DNA of 63,459 nucleotides, filler included, from Bonamia ostreae (GCA_040357525.1; 35 parts of 35 records of this genome joined end to end with filler, not necessarily neighbours in it), one strand, 5' to 3'; positions 1 to 13,830 are shown, counted from the whole stretch's first letter. Notes: generated by a model from the sequence alone, not told the origin. Numbers and translations: made by a program.

Positions 1-1729
1 TATTGATTTTTAAAAAATCGTATACTATTTACATGTGCATCTTGCTTGTGTCATTTTCCATATTTTTCATACTACTGTGTAATGATTAACCTTGTTAAAA
101 GGCAATTTTTAATTTTTCAGTATTTTTGAAAGAATTAATCTATCAAATTGCTATGGTCATGGTTACATAAAAAGATCTGTAATGTTCTTATGTTTAACGA
201 AATGATAATTCAGCCTTAAAAGAGGAATAACACATTATTAGGTTAACTTCTTTTTCGAAACAAAAGTTGGAAATTAGATATAGCAATATATTCTTCTCCT
301 TTTAGATTTTACTGCCTACCCGAATGGCACCGTGGTCTAACATATCTGACTGCTAATCTGTAGATCATGGGTTTGTTCTTTCGGAAGTTTTAATTTTTCC
401 TCAGATTGCTGTCTTCTATTCACTAAATAAAATGCAGGTTAAATTTTCAAGTTCTGAAAATAAAACTATCTTATAAGTCCTCTAAAGTCCATCTATATAA
501 GTATTCTTTGGTGTGTTATTCCTCCTTAAAATACATCATAATAAAAAATGACCAATTATCGTGGTAAAAAAAATCACCCAATTGTTTCATGCCTCTTTCA
601 TCTTAATTCTAATAACTCAGAAATACTTAAACATAAAGGAAAACTGATCCGAGGCACATTTTTGTGCTACATGTAACATATGTCGGCTAACAGTATTATT
701 ATGATATTTCTTAACAAGTATGTATTAACTCATGAAAAATAGACTTACTTTTATTAAGATTTATCCGTTTTGTTTTGGTGGTGTTGACCGGACCACCAAG
801 GAGTTCTCCCTTCCAGTCTTCAAAGTTTGCAGCCTTTTTAAGATTATTGTTAAGCGTAGAAAGGTTACTGTTATCGGCAACTTTTGTATTCAAATGTACT
901 CCATAATCGACGATGGTACTTCCATTCCTGGATTGATATAGATAATATTAAAAACAGATACGGCAGAAATGGGTACCATACATTTAGAAAATAATAAATC
1001 AGTTTGTGATATCTTTTGAGGTCACTTCGGCATATGCAAATGGTGACATATTGGGACCTGTTTTGTCCGTCGTTGTAAGTCATGTGGCGTCTGTCGTGCA
1101 TTAACATTTGAATGTTTTCAACTCAGATACTACTGAGCCATTTTTACTGAATTTGAAGTATAAGAACTATGTCGTAAGGACAACAATTGTAACTTCTGAG
1201 CTCTGAGGAGGGGATGGAAAACATTATGCAATCGTTAAGGATAATACTCTGGAACGTTTAGGAAGCAAACTGTACATCGTTTTTGATAAAAGAGGGCTTC
1301 TACCACTACTGGAAGATATGGGCATTGAATCACGTATTCTAGTGCTAGAATGCGGCTCTATAACTCATAGATTTGAAATGGAGTATTTTGTAAAGAATTA
1401 TTCTTCTTTACTTCTGATTATCACTCAAAATCAAACAGCATGTAAAGTCAGAATGCACGGAGAGCCTCTGCCAAATTTGTGACATTTATGAACCTAGGTT
1501 CTGGTGCTAGGGCGGAATTCTTTTTATCGCAACAGTTTTCCCAATGTATTGTTAAAGCATGGTGTAATGTACATATTTTTATTTGTTAAAGGGATAAAAA
1601 AAAAATCAGTTAAAACAGTCGTGAAAATTCCTGATCATTTAATTATTGAAGCAGTTATTAACTATTGATTCGATCTACTCATGACTATACTGACCTGGTC
1701 AGGTATTCGTTGACCTCGGCCTACGACCA

Positions 1730-1829
1730 NNNNNNNNNNNNNNNNNNNNNNNNNNNNNNNNNNNNNNNNNNNNTTAATTAATTAANNNNNNNNNNNNNNN
1801 NNNNNNNNNNNNNNNNNNNNNNNNNNNNN
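1730..1829. other. Artificial contig spacer (N44-TTAATTAATTAA-N44), first of 34 identical spacers
   Basis: An identical 100-bp block recurs about every 1.8 kb (1730, 3558, 5386 ... 61657). TTAATTAATTAA gives stops in all six frames, and contig lengths fall steadily from about 1729 to about 1703 bp. Confidence 0.99.
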
Positions 1830-1995
1830 GTCGATAAAGATTTAAATCTCTCCACTTTCCAGTTCATCCTTTAAGAATGGACACATTTCTTACATTTTTT
1901 CGATGAAATGTTGTTTTGCATATCATCCATTTGAAATTTATTGCTAGTTTTAATTAGACGATTGCTTCAAATTTCGAACAAAATTTTTAAAAAGT

Positions 1996-2312
1996 TTATT
2001 TTGTTTCAAATTCCCATATTCGTTTGTCCAACGGACACAGGAACTTCTTCTTTTCTCTCAACCAATCGGCGATGCAATGAAAATGGAATATGTGCCCACA
2101 TATTCCTTTAGAAAGTCCGCATTGAGCTTTTTGGTCTTCATCAAGAACATGTGTGCATTTCAAACCTACATAAACGCTAATGACATAATCAAACATATTT
2201 CGTTGAGACTGTTTCTACAGATTGAACAATTTTCATTGAACAAATCGGATTCGACGAAAGCAACTGCATTCCATTTTTCTAATGTAAAAACTGAGTTTTT
2301 CGAACTCGACAT
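1996..2312 (-). CDS. RBX1: RING-box protein (RBX1/ROC1-like RING-H2), 2 exons; intron 2166-2194 (29 nt)
   Basis: The spliced product MSSSKNSVFTLEKWNAVAF...NCSICRNSLNEICLKC...GICGHIFHFHCIADWL...CPLDKRIWEF matches the RBX1 pattern KWNAVA..NCAICRN..C..C..GxCxHxFHxHCIxxWL..CPLD..W. Confidence 0.88.
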
Positions 2313-2344
2313 TTTTTATTACTGTTTATTGATATAATTCTTTA

Positions 2345-2620
2345 ATGGATTCCATCGCAGTTCTGAAAACTAAAGATTTGCCTAAAGAGACTGCCGTCAA
2401 ATATATCGAGAAATTTCTCAAAGTCCAAGTTTTCACAATATATTTTGTGAACGAGCTTTTATTCGGGACATGAACATTTTTTAATTTTTCACTTAACTGG
2501 AAAATTTAAAAATAGGAAAAGAAAACAGGTTTAAGCGGAAAGAGTCAAATAGAAACAAGAAATTTGGATAGATTAAAATTGATTAAGTCCAATGTCGAAA
2601 ACAACTGTGAAACGTCGTAA
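2345..2620 (+). CDS. Small 62-aa protein missed by the ORF track, 2 exons (intron 2429-2515); weak resemblance to Pol I subunit A14-like proteins
   Basis: ATG at 2345 and a GTTTTC...TAG intron give MDSIAVLKTKDLPKETAVKYIEKFLKVQEKKTGLSGKSQIETRNLDRLKLIKSNVENNCETS*. Confidence 0.55.
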
Positions 2621-2925
2621 TAAATATTTAATTTATCATTTTTTTAATTAAATATTTAAAACTGTAATTTTGCGTTTTTTACAATTTACAAACGATATAA
2701 AATCCAAATTATTTTACAAAAAAATGGTTAAACAACAACAGAAAATAATCTGATAAAATCGAAAAAAATAAAAAAAATCTGAACAAACAATAACAAAAAT
2801 CCGATAAAATTAAAAAAAACAGAAATAAATCTGAAAAAAATTAACGAACAGAATAAAAATTGAAAAAATTACAATTAAAAAAAATCGAAAAAAATAACAG
2901 AAAAATAAAAAAAAACAGAAAAAAA

Positions 2926-3300
2926 TTAATCTTTATAAACAATCAAAACTTCTCTTTTTAGCGGAACCAACTTGTACCCTTTTATAACATCTCCTTCTTT
3001 GTGGACCAGACAACTGCCCAAACTGACTCCGCATTCTTTACCCTTCTCAACTTCGTCGACGTAATCTTTAAATCTTCGCAAAGTCTCAATTCCGTCGTCG
3101 TTGCGATAAATCTCTTTTCCGTTTCTCAGAATGAAGATGCCAAGTCCTTTTTTCAATTGCCCGGATGTAACAATGCTTCCAGCGATGGGCGATCGGACGC
3201 CGTGGTCGTTTTTGACGTAAGATTTGAAAAGTTGTTTTATTAAAGCTTCACCGATTATTTCTGGGCGGTGTTTAGGTTTCAATTGTTTTTCTATCGTTTC
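2926..3300 (-). CDS. MTIF2: Mitochondrial translation initiation factor IF-2, last exon (C-terminal domain)
   Basis: IAGSIVTSG...ILRNGKEIY...IETLRRFKDYVDEVEKGKECGV is the bacterial/organellar IF2 C-terminal signature. It is preceded by a TAG acceptor at 3301-3303 and a repeat-filled intron. Confidence 0.88.
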   Translation of the reverse strand, partial: ETIEKQLKPKHRPEIIGEALIKQLFKSYVKNDHGVRSPIAGSIVTSGQLKKGLGIFILRNGKEIYRNDDGIETLRRFKDYVDEVEKGKECGVSLGSCLVHKEGDVIKGYKLVPLKREVLIVYKD

Positions 3301-3557
3301 CTATTTTTTATTTTATTTTTGCTTTTAATCAATTATTTCAATTTTAAATTATTTTATTTTTTTGCAATTTTCAATTATTTTATTTTTTGCAATTTTCAAT
3401 TATTTTATTTTTGCTTTTAATCAATTATTGTAATTTTAAATTATTTTATTTTTTTGCAATTTTCAATTATTTTATTTTTGCTTTTAATCAATTATTGCAA
3501 TTTTCAATTATTTTATTTTTTGCAATTTTCGATTCTTTCATTTTTGCTTTTAATCAA
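3301..3557. repeat. AT-rich imperfect tandem repeat in the IF2 intron
   Basis: Recurrent ttttgcaattttcaattattttattttt and ttttgcttttaatcaattatt units run to the contig end. Confidence 0.8.
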
Positions 3558-3657
3558 NNNNNNNNNNNNNNNNNNNNNNNNNNNNNNNNNNNNNNNNNNN
3601 NTTAATTAATTAANNNNNNNNNNNNNNNNNNNNNNNNNNNNNNNNNNNNNNNNNNNN

Positions 3658-4675
3658 AAACAACTTTAAACTGAAAATTGCTATTACAGAAACATTTAAA
3701 AATGCAATAGAATGTGATCAATTACCCTATGGAGACATCCGCGTATTTTTCAAATGTAATGAAGACAAAATAAACGCGTTAAAAAACACTGACATTAGTA
3801 AATTTGGTAAAGATGCAAAATTGTTATCGAACAATCACAGTCTTTTCAAAATTGTAATACATCACATACCAAAATATATTGATGAAAACGACATAAAAAG
3901 GTATTTCGACAGTATGGACATTAAATATACAAATGTAGTATTTAAAAAACTTAAAAATAACGAACACTTCAGTACAGGATTTGTAAATTTGAAAGACAAA
4001 AGTACATATGACATGTTGATTAAGGAAAAAAAATTTAGTGTAGCCAGAAGGGAATTCAAAATATCAAGATATATAAATAAAAATATAATACAGTGTTATA
4101 GGTGTCAAAAATACGGACACACAGCAGATATCTGCATTAATGCTAATGTTGTATGTAGATTCTGTTCAAAAAATCATAAATCAAAAGAATGTGATCAAAA
4201 AAGTAATTTAAAATGTGCAAATTGCAACAAAAATCATAAGGTAAACTCATTTGTCTGTAAATAAAAACAAAACAAAATAATTCAAAAAACAGATGGATGT
4301 TAAATGAAAAAAATGATGTTGACAATTGTATACATTTGATAAAGAAGTATTAGATTCAGCCAAAAAAAAGTCAAGTATAAACAAAAGAACTTAGATATTG
4401 ATAAAATTGTTGAGGATAAAATAAACAACAAATCAAATATTTTATTCCAACCCATCCCACTAAACAAAACAAAAAAATCTACAATACAAAAACAAGTAAA
4501 ATTATCAGATATGGATGAAAATAAACTTATTCAAAAAATTATGAATTTGCTAGAAGCAAAAATTGAAAAACATTTTGAAAACATAATTATTCATTTACAA
4601 AAGAAAATGTCAGATAGTAATAATACGATGCACTGTTGAATGTAATTAGCTTAAATGCAAGGTCGTTAAAAAAAA
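3658..4675 (+). mobile_element. Degenerate non-LTR retrotransposon: gag-like ORF1 with three CCHC knuckles, followed by the first residues of an APE-endonuclease ORF2
   Basis: Knuckles are CYRCQKYGHTADIC, CRFCSKNHKSKEC and CANCNKNHKVNSFVC, followed by in-frame stops. LNVISLNARSLKK at about 4636-4674 is a typical start of a LINE APE domain and is truncated there. Confidence 0.8.
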
Positions 4676-7600
4676 TTATTTTTTTATTTTTTTATTTAAA
4701 AAATAAAATAAATAAATAAAAACTTAAAAATAAAAAATAAAAAAAAATATGCACTAAAAAAGGGGATGGCCGGGGGCCTGAACCGGTACAAGAAAAAAAT
4801 AAAAAGAATAAAGAAAAAAACAAAATACAAAAAAAATACCTTAACAAAACGATGATTAAATTATGTGAGAAATGAAGTAAATAGAAATGAAAAGAAATGT
4901 TTATTGCGCTAAAAACCCTAAATGTGATCATGGCGAGCGATGTGAAGACAGAAACGATAATTTGTCAAGTAAATCGCATTTATTTAAAAAAAAACCCTAA
5001 TCCTAACCCCAAACCCTAAAAAAATCCAATATATTAAAAATAAAAATGGCAAACAGTGAAAACTGCACAGAACAGCCTAAGAAAACATTGACCACCCCCC
5101 CCCCCTCTGCTCAATGTTGGGCACGCGACGCTAAACGAAAAAAAATATATCAAAAAACACTAACACACAAAAATCCAAAAAAAAAGACAGCTTACGACAA
5201 AGAATTAGCCATTTTAATGGGCTTGGATAAAAAAGAACAGATGCTGTCGTCAAAGATCAACAAGTACATCAAAATTCTTAAAAGTAATGGGTTTGATGTG
5301 ATTCAAAAGGTCGACAAGAGCCAAGTTAAAAACGACCAAAATACTACTTTGGCTGAAAAAATACCGCCTAAAAAACAAATTTCAGNNNNNNNNNNNNNNN
5401 NNNNNNNNNNNNNNNNNNNNNNNNNNNNNTTAATTAATTAANNNNNNNNNNNNNNNNNNNNNNNNNNNNNNNNNNNNNNNNNNNNTTGCAATATCAAAAG
5501 TGAAAACATAAAGCATATTTTAAAAAGGAAGACAAGTAGCAATGCAAATATTCTTTCAGTTCGAATTATTGTTTTATCTGTTCTATAGGAATTTTCAAAG
5601 ATAAAGGCCAGAATGGAAAAGGTAAGACTTCATTATGTAAATTGATACTTACTTTCAGCACATGATTGAAAATCTTCTTAATGAAATTAGAGAAATTAGC
5701 TTATACAGAATTTTCGTTTACCAATAGTAACTGAATAAAATGTATATCCGTGTGTTGCATTGAACATATGATAGTATATTAACTTTATTTTGCTTACCGT
5801 TTTCCTTACACGAAGCGACTTACGAAGCGTTGCTTTGAATAACGAATCAAAAGGCAAGCAATGTAGGAATGAAGTATCTCATTTATTAAACGTAACAACT
5901 GACGAAAATAAATGTTCATAAAATCAACAAATATATAACAGTTTGTCAAGATTTGCAGACAGATTCAGACAAAAAAAAATGCACAAATACTACTCACTAG
6001 TTCAAACACAGCACATCACATTGACTATTTCATGTTCTTTCTCTAAAAAAAATGTAATTTGAAGAAACTAAAAGATATATAAATCATCAGCAGAATATAA
6101 AAGGTAATCAGAGATAATTTTATCAAAGGCAGCATGAAAAAGTGTAAATGCATGTAAGGAACAGTGACCAATCTTATAAATTCGTTTCTTTATCTTTCAT
6201 AGCTAACCCTTTTCTAGTGTTTGAATAATCAACATATACTTATTCTAAATCACCTCCATACTTTTTTTCTCTTGAAAGTTTAGCTTCTAAACTTCAAGCA
6301 CCTTTTCCTTGTAAAGAAGATTTTCTGTGTTCCTTTCCTTTCTCCCTGTCACCTGCTCGTACCTCACGCTGATGTTCCTATTGTAATGAAGTTCTGTAAA
6401 TTTCTACCTGACAATTCTAAACTTTTACCGTATTCAGCTATTTCCTTAACAATTTCTATATTTGACAATTAAATTAAAAAAAAAACTATTCAAAGAAACA
6501 ACACTAAAATCAACTCATCTAGCAAAACTGTGAATTGCTTACGAGAGTTGTATTTATGCAATAGTAAACAATAAGTACTACATACCATACCATAATTGCA
6601 TACTACTGAACATATACAAACCCATGGCAACAATCTCCACAAATTTAGCATTTTAACGCTTCTTCCCATGTTAAGCAGTGCCTCTCTCTCTCTCTCTCTG
6701 AAGAATAATTGAAATGGTTTGATAAGAGGCATACAGGCATGTAAACAACAATTCTAAAACATGCATCATAAATCAACATCAACACAAGCGAGCAAATGAG
6801 AAACAAAATTACAAAATATGTCAAATAATGAACCAAATTCTAGCAATAATTTTGCTGATCCAAATATCCCACTTCTGATACCAATTTTGCACGATAACCA
6901 TCTTTCTGATCAGTAAAACAAGATTGGTTTTGTTTTTATATGTAAAAGAACCATATAAACAAACACAATACAATGGAAATTAGAATCATTTGCAAGTTAT
7001 TTCATTACCTGCGGACCCGTCCCCGTTACCACATTGACTTGTTCATTCATGCTTCCAACAATATCACGCCCGTGAACACTGTTAAGGAATAGGATTGTTC
7101 ATCCGTCAACACTCAGGATATATTTCATGTCACACACGGAAGCTATTTCCGTATTCAAACAACAACCGTCAGGATCCTGGTTCTGCAATTTCAACTCTCG
7201 TAGAAGTTATTGTNNNNNNNNNNNNNNNNNNNNNNNNNNNNNNNNNNNNNNNNNNNNTTAATTAATTAANNNNNNNNNNNNNNNNNNNNNNNNNNNNNNN
7301 NNNNNNNNNNNNNGAAAGTTTTCATGTAAATTTTATAGACCAGTATTTCATGAGAAAATCATTTTCAAAGATTTAAATGATACATAAATATAATGTTTCA
7401 AATTTTGAATCGATAAGAAAAAGTTTTGTTTTAACAATATGTTGCACTTATTCCTCAAACAGAATTTCTTTATTGTGACGGCATTCAAAATCATGATGCT
7501 TTGTACATGTGTTTGTCACTGTTGCCTGCAATCGAAAAAAAAGGCGTCATCAAAGTAGAATCAGCATTGATCTAATAGTTTACGTTTACATATGTTACAT

Positions 7601-10600
7601 CAAAGTCAATGTTAAACAGATATATAGATATATTTGACTACGTGTACTTGTATAAGCTAGAAAACAGACAAATTAACACAAACTTTGCGGACAGGCATGG
7701 AAAACACATTGATTCACAACTAAATATGTATACTCATCTTGACGATGTCATCATCTAACTACAAATAAAATATCAAAGAAATTATTGACAGAGTAACAAA
7801 AAGTTTGACGGACCAGTATTCAAAATCAAAACACTTAATCAAGGTCAAAAGAACACAATGAGGTGCACAAGTAAAACAGATAAAAACTAATGCCATTTCA
7901 GCAATAATCTATAGCAATGTATGAACTCAAAGTGCACTAGAAAATCAGATTCTAATCTTTAAACACACTGTCTTTATTGATGACCGCAGGTAAATCTGAG
8001 TCATCATCATTGATTATACCCTTACAGTTTCTACGTGTTGTCGAGCATAAGACAGAACTTCGGATACCAAAAACAGGTCAAAGATTTAAATCGCCGCTTT
8101 GGGATAAACAGTGTACCTAATATTCACTAAGCGACCGCATGCAATGTGTAGAACAAAACTTAATTTAACAATACAGGGACGTTGTCAAATATTTGACATT
8201 GTGGGGATGAACTATATCTCGAGGATATATTAATTAAATTAAAAAGTTTTGACTTAAAATTCAGATTTCCACCTGAATCGTGGTATTCGTTTCATGTTCT
8301 GTCCATATCCTCAAGACGCCACCTGCTATAAATAAAATTGTTTTTCTTATACGCCAGGCCTCAGTATGATGTACAAAACTCAGACTTACACACGTAAGTT
8401 AAAATTGCAATATCCTGTAAGACATGCATTACCAGGTACCGAAACTTTTCATTTGCAGACACTCGAGATTTGACGAAACATTGCACGTTGAATGGCAATT
8501 TCATTTCGGAAAAGGTAGACAAAAATTACACCAGGTTTTTTTTGGACGTTTTAATTATTTTTAAAGGTTTTTAATGATTATCACTTACATAATATACATA
8601 CATAATTCAAAGCACAATGTTCAGCACACACAACAGACTAGTGCAATGGTGAGGGGTACTGTGCTGGCCTGTCTTAGGTACCAACTAAGGTTTTCTACGG
8701 AGAGAACGCTGTTCTGTTCAAGGTAACTACATTTGAATTGGCATTAAAAAAACAAGATGAGGCCCACAAGCCTTATCCTCCACGTGATTTTTGTTAGAAG
8801 TATAGCAAGTCACAAGGGCTATGGAATCTAGATAGAAAACAAATCCTGTTCTGCATATTTGAGCTAAAGTCAACAAAAGTATAATATAAGATGTGTTCTT
8901 TAAAAAACGTAATTCTCCCAAGTGCCCCAACCGACGAAAGACTTTATTTACATGCTATAATTATAAAACACTAACACTATATGTATATAGTTAATTTGGA
9001 CCACAGTGGTCTACAGGGAAGAGCGTTCGTCCCGCATACNNNNNNNNNNNNNNNNNNNNNNNNNNNNNNNNNNNNNNNNNNNNTTAATTAATTAANNNNN
9101 NNNNNNNNNNNNNNNNNNNNNNNNNNNNNNNNNNNNNNNTAATTTGGAACCTTACCTTGATACAAAATATATACCTCTTCTGTTGAGGAAGAGAGAGACG
9201 GGGAGGGGTGGGGAGAGCAGAAAGAGGCATGGATGGGATAAAGTAGTTCCCACATGATATATATTTCATGTAGATTTAATATAATCAAAACTATATACAT
9301 AATATAAACATATATGGACTAATCCATCTTGATTATAAAAGTCTAACTATCCAATGACTAAAGACAATGAATGACGTCACTGTTTATTTAAATATGTTTG
9401 GTTTAGTTATTCGTTATACTAAGGTCGTTTCATTCAGAGAAGGATCAGCATGTGTCAAAATCAAAAGCCAAAACAAAAACAAACAAGACAACAAATTTAT
9501 TGGCTTAACACTACATATTTCAGTATTCTATTGGCTGTATAGATATATGGCAACACTTACTCCATGCACGCAGATGTTCTGAAAGCAAAGAAAGTACATT
9601 GTATGTTAAACATGTCCTCGTTAACTCCACGGTCAAATCATATCATTCATATAGATGGAAAACTGACGATAACGAACAGTGATCATAAAATCTACATACT
9701 TCTGCAAGCTTCCCATGATTTTATCCATTAGGATTTCCGTACTTCTTCTTATATTTTCTCTATAAAAAGATAAGGACAAAATCAACAAAGTTATGGATAG
9801 GCGAAAGATTTATTACATTTTGCGACGGACCTCAAAGTCCTAAGACAGTTTCGGGATCGGAATGCTTGATCAGACATTTCAGGGATATATGTCCCTGTTA
9901 GGAATATGCGATCTTTAAGTGGCCTTGCTTTAATCAGATCAATCTAGTTATATTAGAGTGACGTCATACATAGACGGTTAATGTTTTTGTATATCCGCGG
10001 AGATTGGTGGTATTTCATTTTCTTGTGGGGGTATTTCGGCGAATGTAGTGCTCTCTACTTCCAGGTAGATTAGGTTTCAAGGTTTAAATACACACAAAAA
10101 TACCTTAATTTAGAGTCACTACAATGCAAGTGAGATAACTTTCAAAGAGCAAAACACCAAAAGGCCAGATAGATAAGTGTGGATGCTAACTATTTCAACT
10201 TCAAATTGCTATAGCTCCTTAATTGTAGCGATTACTTGTAATTATTATGATACAATGTAAATGGAATGCGTCTTAGAATAATAAGATAAGTATGAGTTTT
10301 ACGACTCAATATTCTACAGACAATTGATTTAAAACCACTAAATGTATAATATTAAAATTTTGACATAAAAAGTACAGTGTATGATATATAAACAATAGAT
10401 TGGAAAATGTTTGATTAACATTGGATGCCCTAATGTATGCTGTGTTCGTTTTGAAAATGATTTATGTCAACGATTCTTATACATTACTAAAGTCACATAA
10501 CACAAACAAAACACACCACGCACACACAAACAAAAACATTAACAGACGGACCTATACAAAATTGAAAAAGATTATTTAAAACAAGCATTTGTTTTCAATC

Positions 10601-13600
10601 TAGACCCCTTTAAAACTCGAGAATGATGCGATGCGGATATTACCTCTGTTGTCATGGAAACAATCCTACTGAACCGTGTTTCGTCTACAGACCTACGACA
10701 AAAATGAAGAAAAAACCATCAGATGAAAGTGTCCACAAGCACAACATATGTTGAACACATTTCTTCAGTTTCATAATTAAAGCTTTCGCAGATTTACGTT
10801 GTGTTGGTATAGAATTGTAGGGACTTTTTTTTGTGTGACATACTCTGTTCTCAAGAATATTTTTCNNNNNNNNNNNNNNNNNNNNNNNNNNNNNNNNNNN
10901 NNNNNNNNNTTAATTAATTAANNNNNNNNNNNNNNNNNNNNNNNNNNNNNNNNNNNNNNNNNNNNAGCAAAGAGGAATCTGCTTTTGATGAGGATACTTG
11001 CATATTAATGTAAAAAAAAATCGTAGCCTGGTACTTTTGAATGGATATTTCAGACGAATACCCCATATATTCCTAAGCAAAACGTGAAAGCCCTCGTAAT
11101 ATATGTATCCTGCTTTTCTCCTGCTGTCATGATGTGAATGTTTACAATTTAACAAAGACAGAATATGAAAGATATGAGGCGGAGTCCTACTGGTATTGTA
11201 TATACGTATATTTCCTGTATTTCATTTATACCAACAATGTTTGATCCTAGCAGAAATTATACTTCAATACTGTATTCTTATCTATATTTCTATCATAAAA
11301 CGGAAGAAAATGAAGGTTTAGAACTAGCATTTGAAAACTTTTCACGCTCCTTTGATTCACCATGGTGAAAGCTTAGATACTTTGAAATACAATGTTAAAA
11401 TTTTCATTTTATAGATCTGCTTTGCTATTCAAGAACGTAGATGCAAAAGATAACAAAAATAAAACTTTATAAATAATTCTGCTATTCCATCAATGTTTGC
11501 TAAATTCCTGTTTGTTTGAAACTATGAAATCATGTGATTTACGAAATACTATGTTTTGCTCAAGATGATAAATTGACGTTCAATGATATTATATACCAGT
11601 GAAAATATATTTTTTGGAAAGATCATAGTAATGCGATGCCAACGAAATTTGGTCAATAGTAAAAAGTGTGTCACTTTGAATAATATGCAAAAACGCGAAT
11701 ACTTTAATATACATGAAATATAGTATCATACAAATTAAAGTTTACTGTAATATTTCTTAATGTTGAAATTATTTTCTAGTCTACTTACTCCACATTGTGG
11801 ATAGCGTTTCAAGGTTGCAGACAGATCATTCAGGTCACCGATGGAAAGTAGCTTGGAATGAGTTGTAATCTGATAAGAAGATGAACTAGAATTGTAGGCG
11901 GTAATTCATTATTAATTCATATTCTATGACTCAATTTTATACATTTATTTCGAACCTGTTGAAATTTGGGAGAATTGTCCACAGATAAGCAATAATTTAA
12001 GTATTCGACCAAACTTCCGTGTTTCTGTTTGTGGAAATAAATTTCATGATATTTCCTGGTTTCATTTTCTTCGGATGTGTTCATCATATTACGTAGAACT
12101 GCATCAGGTGTTGCAACCCACAACAGAAGGTCTTGCGCACATTGGAATAAAGTCTGAAACAAGAGTTATTTTTCTTAATATAGCAACATTTTTTCTTGTA
12201 TTCATGTGAAACTAATTGTGAACACAATACCTCTTTGCAATCTGCAGTCAGATTCCCATGGCACACATTAATAACAACTGAAGCGCATGCATCTGAATTG
12301 TAGCCAATGAAAACGTCACCAATCAAATCTTCCACTCTAGATCATGAGAAAAAGAGATAATAAGTACAAAAATCTATATCAGCATAATCTTCAAGAAATA
12401 CACTTTTACCCCTCATATTTTGAGTAATTGACATTAAATACACCGTGAGCTCCATGCAACTCATTTCTCTGGACAAAATATGGTCATCCAAATATACACT
12501 AACAGTAATTTAATAGTTTCATGCAACAGCTTTAACAACAGAAGTATAACTCGAAACAGAACTACGGGAAAGTACATTATGATTTTAGCGAGTTTTTTAA
12601 AATAATTTTAATATCATTATTTATTTATTTTTTGGAATCACGAGTAATTATTTAATAATTTAATGAATAATATACGTAACATGCTTTCAGANNNNNNNNN
12701 NNNNNNNNNNNNNNNNNNNNNNNNNNNNNNNNNNNTTAATTAATTAANNNNNNNNNNNNNNNNNNNNNNNNNNNNNNNNNNNNNNNNNNNNATTCCTCCC
12801 ATACATCTGATCCCACCGTTGGTATGTTCAGGAATCCGTGTTTGTCCTGCTCTATTTTTTTTTTTATATTTTTGATAGGATATTTTTGATTACTCATTGT
12901 TCGTCATCTTTACGTATTCATTTTTGAGATTGATCAATATTTGTTATTTTCACCTTTTCAGTAGTCTCTTATATGTTTATAGAACTCGATAGGTTAGGAA
13001 TGTGAGGTCATTCCACTGTACCATTGGCAGCAATGCGTTTGATTCTATGTAATAAAAGTACAAATCATAAGAACGGAACAAAGAGGACACAATCTTCCAA
13101 CCTAATATTTTGGGTTTTTATGTATTGTAAATACAAGTTTATTCCGTCGATGACCTTCGGGACCTTATACAGTTTTCAAAGTTTTATGTAGGGATTTGAA
13201 AGCAGTCATCTTTGCAATCATCGTTTTCTGAAGAAACACAATTTATCAAACTAGTACGCAGGTATTTTCATGTGTATAATCAATGGGCGTTTTTTCACGC
13301 CAAAACTTGAAGCATTAAAATGCATATAAGAATATTTTAAGATATCTTGAAATTTTCACCAATGCTTTCTACATTCCATCTATTGAAGTTTCCATACACA
13401 ATGACCAATTAGGGTTTAGTGTTTTATATACATGTAGTATTAAAATGCATAGTAGAAAATCATTCACAAGGATACAGTTTGAGAAACTAACTTATCATGC
13501 TATTGCCCTTCTATAGTGTAAAATGAAAATTTACTGAGTCGCTCCATGACCCTTGGGACTATTGTAAAAATAAGTCTGCTCAATTCAGCTGTATGGCCCC

Positions 13601-13708
13601 TGGTTTTCTTATTAAACCTCACTTGATAAACGTTACATTTTAAACTGTTTATATCATTGTTGATATCAATGTTGATGAAAAGTACTACCTGGAACATTTC
13701 TTTATTAG

Positions 13709-13830
13709 GTTGTTACAATGCTTCTGATGTATTACCCCAAAAGGAGAAAGAAATACATATGGAAATACCATCGCCTGGACTCTGTCAAGCCAACTGTATT
13801 TCGAGGGGAATATATGATTTTGGAATACAG
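13709..13830 (+). CDS. Probable internal exon of a host WSC-domain protein
   Basis: GCY...SPGLCQANC..RG..DFGIQ fits the WSC pattern. It is flanked by a ctttattag acceptor and a conventional GTGATT donor. Confidence 0.55.

Noticed and set aside
320-375. tRNA gene-like sequence (also 8998-9039)
   Set aside because: Only degenerate A-box-like similarity is present and there is no complete cloverleaf. These are probably SINE heads in host DNA.
1774-1785. TTAATTAATTAA recurring every ~1.8 kb as a biological repeat or array
   Set aside because: It is always centred in a 100-bp N block, so it is an artificial six-frame-stop linker. Adjacent contigs are not neighbours.
1830-1930. Possible gene start on the minus strand at the contig edge
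   Set aside because: I could not build a consistent spliced frame, and the stretch is too short to support a call.
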